DNA of 64,000 bases from an uncultured Gammaproteobacteria bacterium (lineage in GTDB: Bacteria; Patescibacteriota; Microgenomatia; Levybacterales; UBA12049): the NCBI GenBank assembly GCA_964503265.1, contig CAZCYO010000004.1:82098-146097 (forward strand). Direction: 5' to 3'. The stretch's first letter is position 1. Every line of letters begins with the position of its first letter. The notes beneath the pieces were generated by a model, which was given only the letters and a program-made list of their open reading frames with translations, had not been told where the DNA came from and ran no database searches. The position numbers and the translations under genes were made by a program. Of the stretch, positions 39,952 to 51,100 are shown one piece after another.

Positions 39952-40420
39952 GATATTCCCTCCAGAGTAGTCGTGAGGCGCAACTGCGCCTCTTCCGATG
40001 CCACCATGTGCGAGAAATAGATCGTAAGTCTCCTTTCACTAATTGTGTTGTTTAACTGGTGGCTAAAGAGAAAGAAACACCATTTCCTCCCCCATAGCCA
40101 CCAGTCATAATAAATATAAGTAGTAACGTTGCATGAGTAAAAAGAGAGAGAGATTTGTTCGATAACGCATTTGCTATCGAAAAATGATTCCACCTATTCT
40201 GCTCAATACACCGTTAAAGCGTATTGTTAAGGTACAAAAAAAGATACAAAACTGTATCTGTAAGGATATTGTAAGAAATAAGCACGAAGATGTCAACTAT
40301 AGGTTTACTGATGAGGCTGAGAGAAGGTTGTTAGATAGAAGATAGGAGGTAAAAGATAGAAAGGAATACCGCTTATTTACTCCTAGAGCTAACTACCCTC
40401 TACTAACTGCTAGCTACTGA

Positions 40421-41272
40421 TTACTGACTGCTATTTTGTCCGAGTATTACGGTAATCTCTGTATCTGGCTGTGCGACTTCACCTGCTGGAAGTGTTGCGA
40501 CTTTTCCACCAAGTTCTTTTGCTATTTGTTCTGCAGCTGCTTTATGTGCTGTAGATGACGGAATAACGAGTGTCTGAGCATAATCACTTTTTACAGCATT
40601 ATCTTTGACTGTTACTTGTACAAATGGTAGCTTCCCAATAAGTGATGTCTCAATCTTTTTTGTCAGTCCCACGACTGTCGTTCCATTCAGAAGCCCTACT
40701 CGAACAATCGCTGGTGTTGGAGTAGCTGTCGTTTTTGCACCTGCGACTTGTGCGTTTGGCACTCCTGCCTCCCCTGTTATGTTAATCGGTCCAACTTCAA
40801 TAATTTTATTTGATGATGGTCGATACAAAATCGCTTTTTTTGCGTTGGTGTAGATAAGTACTTTGTCTCCATTTTGTGCATTTGCAAAAAATTGCTGACC
40901 TACTAGCTTTGACTTATCCGAAACAGTTGCAAGCGTCGGCGCTTCACCTGTTGGAAGAAGGAGTAATTTTCCGACAGCTGTTGTTACAGATTTTACTTGT
41001 TCCTCTGCAGCAATGGTTGGATCTTTTGCTCGTTGTTGAGCAGACTGGTATTGGTTATAGAAATAATACGCAGGAAGACTTGCCAACATAAGTAATATCA
41101 CGATTATAACGCCTACAATCGCAAGTGATTTAGGGGAAAGCATAGAGAGTCTCTTCGTCACATGTGTCATTTCTACTGGAGAGGTATGCGATTCAATCTT
41201 TACATCATCTTCACCATCAGTAGTCATATGTTCCTGAGATGTTTTTTTTATCCGTAAGTTTTTAAGCCCCAT
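40421..41272 (-). CDS. Membrane-anchored LytR_C (cell-envelope-related) domain protein
   Basis: Single TM, then a C-terminal segment IVRVGLLNGTTVVGLTKKIETSLIGKLPFVQV…TEITVILGQN matching the LytR C-terminal domain pattern. Confidence 0.5.
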   Translation of the reverse strand: MGLKNLRIKKTSQEHMTTDGEDDVKIESHTSPVEMTHVTKRLSMLSPKSLAIVGVIIVILLMLASLPAYYFYNQYQSAQQRAKDPTIAAEEQVKSVTTAVGKLLLLPTGEAPTLATVSDKSKLVGQQFFANAQNGDKVLIYTNAKKAILYRPSSNKIIEVGPINITGEAGVPNAQVAGAKTTATPTPAIVRVGLLNGTTVVGLTKKIETSLIGKLPFVQVTVKDNAVKSDYAQTLVIPSSTAHKAAAEQIAKELGGKVATLPAGEVAQPDTEITVILGQNSSQ

Positions 41273-41344
41273 ACATCTATATTAGCTGTTTTTTTTCTCC
41301 TCCGTCAAGGTGCACACATGTAATCAGTATGCTACGATACTACT

Positions 41345-43681
41345 ATGCCCAAACTTAGAAAAAATAGTATATATATTGTTCTTATTCTCCTTTTCCTCAC
41401 GCAAAGCACCCTCATCTCTTTTGCTCAAACGAGTGTAACTAAAAATACCTCTGTAAGCCTAACCGTTCAACTTCGTGACCAAGATGTTCCAATTTCAATT
41501 TCTCGAGTGTCAGATAACCAAACAGCCGAAGAAGACGAACTCGTTACCTACCAAATCACTTATGGTTCCCTCTTATCTTTTGCTGTGCCACTTACAATTG
41601 AGGCCTCCTGGGCTGATGCAAGTATTAATGGGTCGCTCGTTAATCTCGCTGACTACGTAAACGGCTCAGGAACAGACGCATATAATGGGACACCAGCTGT
41701 AGTAGACACTGTAAACCGTGTCGTATCATGGTCTATCCCCTCAATCCCAGCAAATACAACAAATCAAATCGTTTCTTTTACACTTCGCATGAACTCGAAT
41801 TATACAGGTGACTCAACGGTATCATTTGCTGTAAGCGCAGGTGCGAATAGTAGTGGTGCTACGATAACACCAATTAGCATTATACAATATTATCACCATA
41901 CACAACCCACTACTCCTTCAACCACCAATACTCCTACACCTGCAAGATCTATACCAACTCCCACACCAACAAAACCCCCCGTTGTTAATACGATTTCGTC
42001 AATAGATATTGATACAATATCCTCAAATTCAGCGGTTGCACACGTACTTCTTGCTACCCCTGCAAAACTCACGATTAGATATGGCACCTCTCCTAGCAGC
42101 ATGCTCAAAAATATAAAAGTTTCAGAACTAGTAACTGATTATTCGATAGAATTTCCTGATTTAATTCCCAAAACTCAATATTATTTCTCAATTTTAGCTA
42201 CAACATCGACAGGAACGACATCCTCTGACATCTACACATTTACCACAGCCAAAGGGAGTACGAGTTCTTTTGTAAATCTTACCTCGCTTATTATTACGGC
42301 AAATAATACCATTATCTCATCAGACCCTTTAAGCTTAGAAAAAACACTAAGTGGGGGGAATCAAATCCCTGCGACTGTTATTACGATCAATACTCCATTT
42401 GAATTTCGCTTTGCAGTTTCTGATAGCGAAAAGATCCGAAAAATTGAAGCGCTAGTTCGACAACACAAAAAGGTGCTTGGTATTAATAGTTATTCTCCAA
42501 GTAACACCACAGATGCTAGTTCAGATTCTGTCGAAATAGTTGAAATTTCACATGGTGTTTATAGTGGAAGACTCAAGGCGAAACTGGAGCCTGGTAACTA
42601 TGTGATTTATGCACGTATCACCGACGTTGCTGGTAACATAACAGAACAAGCACTCTCAAGAATGACAATCGTTAACCCGCTCACTATTCTTGACGAAGGG
42701 TCAAAGAATCCTATTGAAAATGCCCGTGTACTCTTTTTTAGAAAAAATCCTCGATCGAATAACTACACACTCCTGTCAGATCAATCTATTGCAACGAAGA
42801 ATCCTGTTTTTTCAAATCCAGATGGAACGATCTCAACAAATCTTATTCAAGGAGACTATAAAATTCAAGTCTCAGCAACTGGATATAAACAACAGGAAAA
42901 TTATTTTACCATCTCGACGACTAGTGAGTCTCAATACCCAACTATCTATTTAAAAAAAGATGCGTATTCAGTTATTAGTACTGTTCAATTTTACTCGGAA
43001 GTCACCGGAGATTTTTTCTCTTCATTTATGACATTTGTTACAACGCTTGGAGTTTCAAATCGGTTATTTAAATTACTATCTCTCGTATCACTCTGTTTTT
43101 TCATTATCGTGACGTTACTTAGTTTTTGTACTCGTTATCATATTCCTGTATCGGCAATCCCTGCATATTTCTTCTCACTGCTTCATTGGCACAGACGAAA
43201 AAACACTCTACGAATGCTTTCAGGAGTTGTCAAAGATGAAGCAAGCGGAGAATTTCCTGTTAATCATGCAATTATTTATTTACTTGATCGAAAACGTAAG
43301 CGAATACTCCTTCATACCCAAACAAATAATCTCGGCATGTTCACGATAACGCTTCCCCCGGCTCCTTCGTACCTTCTATTGATTAAAAAACGCCATTATA
43401 TATCTCTTGAATATATCGTCACTTCACGTGAAGACATTCAGATATACCTCGAAAAGGATCCACGTGCAACAAATCAAATCGTAGCGACAATCAAGTTATT
43501 CTTTCAAAACTTACTCGGACTTTGTTTTGAGATATTATTATTCCTCTCGTTAGTCTTTGAAGCTATTTTTATGGTGAGTTTAGGAGTAGTCACAGTAGCA
43601 CCCTATCTATTCCTCAGTATCGCAAACCTTGTGTTATGGTTATTATTTGTTAAAAACCAACGGTCAATTTACTCTATTTAA
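41345..43681 (+). CDS. Large membrane protein: signal peptide, ~550-aa extracytoplasmic region, C-terminal multi-TM domain
   Basis: N-terminal signal, Thr/Pro-rich linker, Ig/CarboxypepD_reg-like beta-rich segments, then several C-terminal hydrophobic helices. Confidence 0.45.
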   Translation: MPKLRKNSIYIVLILLFLTQSTLISFAQTSVTKNTSVSLTVQLRDQDVPISISRVSDNQTAEEDELVTYQITYGSLLSFAVPLTIEASWADASINGSLVNLADYVNGSGTDAYNGTPAVVDTVNRVVSWSIPSIPANTTNQIVSFTLRMNSNYTGDSTVSFAVSAGANSSGATITPISIIQYYHHTQPTTPSTTNTPTPARSIPTPTPTKPPVVNTISSIDIDTISSNSAVAHVLLATPAKLTIRYGTSPSSMLKNIKVSELVTDYSIEFPDLIPKTQYYFSILATTSTGTTSSDIYTFTTAKGSTSSFVNLTSLIITANNTIISSDPLSLEKTLSGGNQIPATVITINTPFEFRFAVSDSEKIRKIEALVRQHKKVLGINSYSPSNTTDASSDSVEIVEISHGVYSGRLKAKLEPGNYVIYARITDVAGNITEQALSRMTIVNPLTILDEGSKNPIENARVLFFRKNPRSNNYTLLSDQSIATKNPVFSNPDGTISTNLIQGDYKIQVSATGYKQQENYFTISTTSESQYPTIYLKKDAYSVISTVQFYSEVTGDFFSSFMTFVTTLGVSNRLFKLLSLVSLCFFIIVTLLSFCTRYHIPVSAIPAYFFSLLHWHRRKNTLRMLSGVVKDEASGEFPVNHAIIYLLDRKRKRILLHTQTNNLGMFTITLPPAPSYLLLIKKRHYISLEYIVTSREDIQIYLEKDPRATNQIVATIKLFFQNLLGLCFEILLFLSLVFEAIFMVSLGVVTVAPYLFLSIANLVLWLLFVKNQRSIYSI

Positions 43682-44675
43682 TCTTCTTAATACGATGCTC
43701 CACTTCAGTATACACAGCATGTGATATCTTTTGGATAAGCTTAGCTTGTTTCATTGCATCATAACCGCGTGTCATCACACAAATCAAATATGGCTTATTT
43801 GGATAATATACAATTCCACAGTTATGCAGTTGGTTAATTCCCGATGGAAGCTCTCGCTCGCCATATTTATGAGCGATCACAACACCTTTGGGAAGACCCG
43901 AAACAAGTCCTTTGGTAAATTCTGTAGCACGAAGTACTTCAAGCGCTTTCTCAGAATACTCACGACTTAAGTATGACGCGTTATACAGCACACGAAAAAA
44001 CGAAGCATACTGTTTAACTGACAGAAAATCCTCTGCTGTTGTTGCATTTGGCACCGTAATATCTAAGTCTGCTGATACTTTATCGATTAAGCTACCATCA
44101 ATATGCTGTTCAAGCACAGTTAACGCACCATTATCTGATTTCTCTATCATTCTCTCTATTAAATCTTGCACAGCATACGACTTCCCTTTTTCAAGTGAAG
44201 ATGTTGAGAAAATTTGCTGAAGCTCAGGCGTACTTCCCGTAAATGGCACCTTTGTAGGAAGAATCGATGGATCTTTTTCTGCTGCCTTATAATACGCCAT
44301 CATCACCGGGAGTTTCAGTAAACTCGCTGGTGCAAAATCTTCATCAGCATCGATACCAAATGTCGGCCCGTTATTAAGATCACGGAAATAAATAGATACA
44401 TCAGTGACATAGCCAGCCGCCTTTTCATTCGCAATCGTATCCTGCAACCTGCCTTTTAATGACCCGAATTCTTTTTGGTTAAGGAGGACATCCCCTTCTT
44501 CACAGTCCAGAAGTGGGTTAATTAAACTATATCCCCCAGAGCGCATCTGTTTTTCATTAGAAGAAGAGTCCTGCGATACAGGATCATTTCGAGGCACCAT
44601 AAACCACGTCGTACCGCTACCAAGCACAAAACAAAGAACACTTAAAATAATAGTTGTACGCACACTCATATGCAA
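43674..44675 (-). CDS. Class A beta-lactamase-like / D,D-peptidase-family serine hydrolase
   Basis: S-x-x-K (PASLLK) and SDN (EKSDNGAL) motifs, plus a downstream KYGE motif. N-terminal signal/TM. Confidence 0.5.
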   Translation of the reverse strand: MHMSVRTTIILSVLCFVLGSGTTWFMVPRNDPVSQDSSSNEKQMRSGGYSLINPLLDCEEGDVLLNQKEFGSLKGRLQDTIANEKAAGYVTDVSIYFRDLNNGPTFGIDADEDFAPASLLKLPVMMAYYKAAEKDPSILPTKVPFTGSTPELQQIFSTSSLEKGKSYAVQDLIERMIEKSDNGALTVLEQHIDGSLIDKVSADLDITVPNATTAEDFLSVKQYASFFRVLYNASYLSREYSEKALEVLRATEFTKGLVSGLPKGVVIAHKYGERELPSGINQLHNCGIVYYPNKPYLICVMTRGYDAMKQAKLIQKISHAVYTEVEHRIKKIK

Positions 44676-45155
44676 TTCTGCGTGATGTTACTGTATGTTA
44701 CTTTCTTTAAACATACAAGCACATCAGCTATTTTGCAATACCTGTTTTATACAGAAAGACTACTCTTTCTTTCACAATCTATTATTTACTTCGCACTTAC
44801 CCTCTATTTTTCTCTTACTTTTAATAACTAAACCAAAGATGTCGCCCGTTAGCTTGCTTCTAACCGACTTCCCTCGTCTAGGCTAACTTTTTCGTAAATA
44901 GAGTGCAAGCTTGAATCCGTTACCCTTGTGGATTCTCTGTCCAGCTTGGCCTCATCAAAGAACATATATATTTCGTGGCGATGAATACTTACTTTCAAAT
45001 AACTACGAACCGTTTCCGAAGGTAAAGAAGTATTCTTCTTAAAGACCTATGCCTACTCTGTAATCCACTTTTCTATGGCAATTGTGCGTTATAGACGAGT
45101 GCTACTTGTACTAATGGCTCCCTCATTCTTTGCCAGATATGATGAACTAATTCTT

Positions 45156-48100
45156 TCATGGATTATCACCTCCTTTCACGACGCTGTCTGTTGCTGTAGG
45201 TATTTTTCCATTTATAACCTGCATCGCACTCCATGAGAATTGCAATGGCTCTTTTACTTCTCGATCAATAACGATTGTAAATCCTTTCGTCGTTCGTCGA
45301 CTAATAACATATTTACTCATATGGCTGAGTACATCTTGTTCATACGTATCTTGACACTCATCGATAGAGTCATCTTTAGAACACATACCATTTTTTATTT
45401 GTTCCTTTATCTCATCTTCAGTAAGACGATCAACCGTAACTGAGATATTAATAAGAGGTACTGTTTCAAATTCTTTAGAGAATGTAACAGTCGCTGTTTT
45501 CTTTCCTTTTTCAATCGTGATCACACCAGCTGAGTCTTTCGGAAATGTTACTTGATCACTAAAGGATACTTTTCCTTTAAAGAATACGTCGCCAAAGAAG
45601 TTTGATATCCCTGTAACGATAATATTATGTGCTGTAATGCTATCAATAACAGTTAGTACACCTTCAACGAGTGAGTTACCTTTAACACGCATATCAGCTG
45701 AGATACTTGCCAGCCCATCAACTTGCAGACTTGTTAGTGTATATACAGTTGCTGGTCCAGTAGATGACAGGATATTTTGTTTAGTTAGAATATCAGCACT
45801 TGGAGTTGCAGTAATTTTATCTTGTGCAGACAGCACAGCAGAACTCGTCGCATCTGCTTTTTTCTTAAATGCATTTACCGCGTCATCGAGTGACGAAATC
45901 TTGTTTGTTAAGATCTCAAGTCCTTCAATAGAGTCTGCTTTAATTCTTCGAGCAAAAATCGTATCTGCGATAATAGTTGGAGTAATAATCTCAAACGCAG
46001 CACTGAGTCTATCGGTAAAGATTTCAGATTGAACCCCTGTACTAGCATTTTTTGCTTTTAGTTCTTTTAAGAATGAAAGAATATTAAGTTGTGGCTGTGT
46101 GATAACAGGTGCAGTATGACTAAACTGAATCGATGGATCTGAAAGGCCAGCATCCGTGTGGGCACTTGCAACATTAAGTCCCATACTTGAAGGTGTGACA
46201 TCTGTCACATACCCACTATTTTTCATGAGAACGTCAATTGCACTGCCTTGATAGTCTGTGAGATTAACGAACATCATAACTACTCCACAGCTTGTAGTTG
46301 GATTAATTCCAAGTGCTTCTTGCGGACACATTGAAGTTGTATTGAGGTCTTCGAGTGCTTTTCCAAGAGAACGACCACTGGTCGTTGCTTTCATTGCATA
46401 GCCTCTAATTGAAGCGGAGGTAAGGACGTCACCTGCATGAATTGGCCCATTTTCTGTGCTAACTTTGACAGGAACACGTCCAACAAGTGCGATTGGGTAT
46501 GAATTCTCCGTATATGCACCCGCTACAAAACCTGGATCGGTTGAAACAACGCCTAAGATAGTGTTTTGGTATTGTGCTGTTGAACGTTTTACGCTTTTAT
46601 TATCTGTTGAATCAATTTGAACGACTTCGCCTTTTTGCAGAACGTCTTTTGAAGTGTAATTCTCTGCCAAATCAGCCCCTCCTGCATAGAATCCTCCCTG
46701 TTGACCTGCATAGACAGCTCCATATTTATTAACTCTAAACGCATTGACACCGTCATTCTTTAGTGTTAAGAAGTCATATGAATTATTTACTTTATATTCA
46801 AAAACTGTTGGCTGTGAGATAACTTGTGCTGGGAATGCTGAAGTAGCAAGTGAAACATCTTGATTTATGCCATCATATCCAAGGAATCTTCGAGAAAAAT
46901 TAACCTGCACCTGTATCCATTTATCTCCATTACTCGCACCAATTGAGTCACCAGATCGTGAGACACTTCGATAAGAGGCACTGTAGAGTGCGTCTCGAGT
47001 CGGTGCAGTTCTGACTTGAAAGTCTACAAAATCATCGTTTGTTTTTTTCCAAGAAATTGTTGAATCAGTTGTCAGAGTTGTAGCGTATATTTGACCTGAG
47101 AGATATTGTCCATCAGGATACCACCCTGCATCATATAAGTTAACAATGTTACTTCCAGTATGTCCTCCTGCGAGAATTACCCATTTCCCATCAGGACGCT
47201 GAAATGTGACTGAGCCTGCACCTTGAACAAGTATTCCTGGTGTACCAGTGTAATCAATCATGCTAGGTCCAGCAACAGTCGTTCCTATCCCAGCACCCAC
47301 ACCAAACGTCCCTCCCCAAGGCAGATAGATATTTGTCCCGTTTCCATTGATCGTCTGTGTCTGACCTCTGGTAATTAAGAATGTGCCATCTGCTCGTGGA
47401 ATAACGATTGATCCACGCCCGACAGCTGTTGTGAGCGTTGGACCAGCGATATTAGTATTAGACCATGGGTTAATTATTGAAGTAGCAGTTGACTGTGCAC
47501 CAGTCGTACCCCCAGCAGCAGCGACAGTAACCCAGTATCCATCCTGACGCTGAAAAGCGTAAGATCCACATCCATGAGCTCCAGTAAGAGCAGGGCCGGC
47601 TGTGAATTGTTTTGCAACAGCATCGTACATCATAGATGTTGTATTTCCTGTGGCAAATGGGGCAAATCCGACGAACACACGATATGTATCAGCTAGCTGA
47701 CCAGCAAGTGGGATAGCCCATGATCCACAGTTAACAGCAGTAGATGTCGTCGGACCAGTAGAAAGTGTCGAGCCAGCAGGTTTTTTTACATCAGCAAAAG
47801 GATTAAATAGTGTAGTCGTTGTTAATCCTCCACCATGAACGATGGTGTACGTGCCGTCTTTATTAAGAATTGCTTGCGCACCGTAGCCTGCAACCCCTGA
47901 AAGATTTGGTCCCTGGACGAATTGAGAACCTGATGCTGCATTTGGATCATAAATATTCGTTGTCGCAGTTTGTCCCCCCATAACAAGGAGGAATTTACCA
48001 CTAGGAAGCTTTAGCGCAAACGCGCCTGAGCCTGCACCTGTAGTCGGAATATTTCCAGCACCAGACTGGGCAGTAAATTGTGAGGATGCTGGATCGTAGA

Positions 48101-51100
48101 GCGACATATTCGCCGATCCAGAAGCAATAATCGAAATCAATCCACCTGGTCTTTGAATGACTAATGTGCCATCACCTGTTGGTGTTAAAAGTGGTGGATG
48201 AGAACCAATTGAGCCCAAATAGAATCCACCATTTGTACTAATTTGTGTTGGACCAGAAACTTTCCCCCACGGTAACGTTAATCGATCACTCATCGCTTGG
48301 ACACGGGTTAGCGCAGATGAAGATGCCTCCAGTGGATCAGATGCACCCATAGAACTATTCCAATCAAACTGATTACGAACTAAGACAGTAGAGTTGTCAA
48401 TTTTATAATCGTAAAGGGTTGGATCCTGGTAATCTCGGATAAATGTTGTTTTACCATTCCCCATCCACGCACCTCGCTCATCATACAGCTGTTGAGGCAG
48501 TGGACGTGTAAAATTAACGGTAACCCGAACCCATGTATTTCCTTGGCTCGCTTGTATCAAATCCCCGTTGCGTCTAATTGGAATTGATGTGGCAGTCGAA
48601 AGACCTCCTTGGGAAGATGCAGTCTGTACATTTATCTCAAGCCCTGTTTGCGGAAGATCACCCGTTAATGTTGCACTTGATGTACCACTAAATCGCGCTT
48701 CAGCTCCTGCTGTGAACCATATGGTACTATCTGGAGAAAGATTTGTTGTATTTATGTCTTCTGAAACATAACTTCCCCGCATTACTAATTGCGAATCGAA
48801 TTTATTAGTAGTCGTACTTCCTCCGACTATGACTCTCCATGTCCCATCATATTCCTGAATACTATGCGCCCCTGCACCTTGTGTGGAGGTAGATGATGCA
48901 TGAGTTGAATATGTATTTGTGGTTGCATCATAGATATAGACATCAGTCGTACCTGATCCTCGAAAGATTATATATCGTTTATCTTGCATGCGAATTGCAT
49001 GTGCCCCATCAGCCAATGCCGCTGCTGGACCCACATTCTGGCAATTTCCCATCGTATTTGTAGCAGGATCATATTCTACAGACCTCCCCAGTTTTGAAAG
49101 AATAAGATATCGCCCGCTTGGGAGTTGCAGCGCGACAGATCCACCACCGTTTATCTCACAGTTTGTTGGTAATAAGGGACCTGTAGTAAAGCTTCCGATC
49201 GATGCAGCTCCATCAAATGGATTATATAACTGGGTATTGGCTGATGCACCACCTGCCACAATAAGCGCGGTTCCATCTGGACGAGGAAGGACCAATGAAC
49301 CAGCACCCCAGGTAGTCGATCCTGCGGTTGGTCCAGCAACCCAGGTATTGGCAATAACATTATAGATACGAGAAGTTCCAGCAGTGCCTCCATGAACAAG
49401 CAAGTACTGTCCGTTTTGACGTCTATATAAGTTCGTTCCTGCACCATTTAACCCAGTAGCTGTCGGACCAGCTACGGTTGGAACGTTATCCATAGGATCA
49501 ACGATAGACGTCGTTGCAACTGAATTTCCGTGTACAACGAGATATTTTCCATCTGGGCGTGGAATTGCCAAAGATCCAGCACCAGCAGCGGCACTTAACA
49601 CATTTGGTGACGCCGTAAATGTTTCTGCTTTTGAATCATAGATATACATGGTCGTCGTAGCTCCACCACGGATAACTAAATATTTTCCATCAGGTCGAGA
49701 AATTGAATTTGCGCCTGCACCAATTGCAGCTGGAACTGCTGGCTGAGAACCGGTCGTAATTGTGCCATTGCCTGAAACAGAACCAATCGATAAAGCCATA
49801 TCCCCACCAGAGTTATCAAGATTTGTCAAAACAGCACTTGTCGCATTGGCAGTTCGTTGAAAGTCTGAATCAGTAGTATTATTACCGGATGTCGTCTTTA
49901 CAATATCATTTGATCCAGTACGATCGATCGTCACACCACCAGCGATAGAGTTGATGTTTATTGCACCAGTATTTGCGACCGTGAATCTACTCACTCCACT
50001 TGATGATGCCGTCAATACATCTCCAAGTCCAAATTGGTTTACCGAGAGTCCAGCAAACGAGGTGTTAGCAGAGATTGATGCTGTCGCACGTGTTCCGGAC
50101 TGCGTAATGACAAATTCAGCTGAATTAGAAGATGTTCCACCGATCGCAAAATCAAGTGACTGATTTGCGTTATATAATAGTCCATTAACGATATCGAATT
50201 TATCAACAAGCTGTGTTCCACTACAAGAACCCCATGAAGGAGCAGATGACGCACCATTTGATATAAGACACGCACCAGTATTCGTCGTTGTTGCGGCACT
50301 AAGTACACCAGACGCACCTGTGTATAAGACGCTGTTATTATTTGAAGCAATTGCAGGAAGATTTATCGCCTGGCCTGATCTTCCAAGTGTAAGTGTTGTC
50401 GCCGTACTAGCACCAATTTTTAATGTCGTTCCCGTTAATGTATCAATATCTGATGTCTGACCACCCGCGAGAGAAAGCATTCCGCCATTTCCTATAACGA
50501 ATTTCGTAGCGGCGCCAGCCGATGCTGTAAAGATATCAGCACTCGTATTCTGGACCAGCGTCATAAGCGAATTTCCCGTTGTCGTTCCCCTGATATCAAG
50601 GAGACTATTCACTGTCGTTGTCCCGATACCAACATTTCCATTTGCCGCAATTCTCATACGCTCATTTGCAGAAAGTGTCCCACCTGTATGGAATAATATG
50701 TTTTTTCCAGCAGTCTGTGTCCCTACAGCTAAATTCCCACCATTTGTATACAGATATCCGTCCCGTGGACCAACGATAGTAAAGGCTGCATCACTATATC
50801 CAGAGCTGTTAATACCAAAATCAATATAATTTGTTGTATCTGTTCCGTCATTTGCAGTCGCGATAAAATCAGATGATGCTGAAGTTCCAGAGTTTCGATT
50901 TTGAACATTTACTTGAGCATAGCTATTAACATTTCCTGCAAAGTGAGCAATTGTTGAGGAATAGACATTTCCACCCGAGATCGCTCCTGCCACATCAGTT
51001 CCGGCAACTATCGTTCCGCCACCTTGGATCACAAATCGTGGAGTTCCAGAAGAAGAGGCAGTAAAAATATCCGCAGCTGCATTACGCTGATCGACTATAA

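Noticed and set aside
38771-40055. Plus-strand ORFs in the GC-rich segment (38771-39040, 38815-39084, 39356-39970, 39606-40055)
   Set aside because: High GC produces open frames on all strands. The minus-strand frames are preferred because each has a GGAGG RBS at the right spacing. Strand choice remains uncertain.
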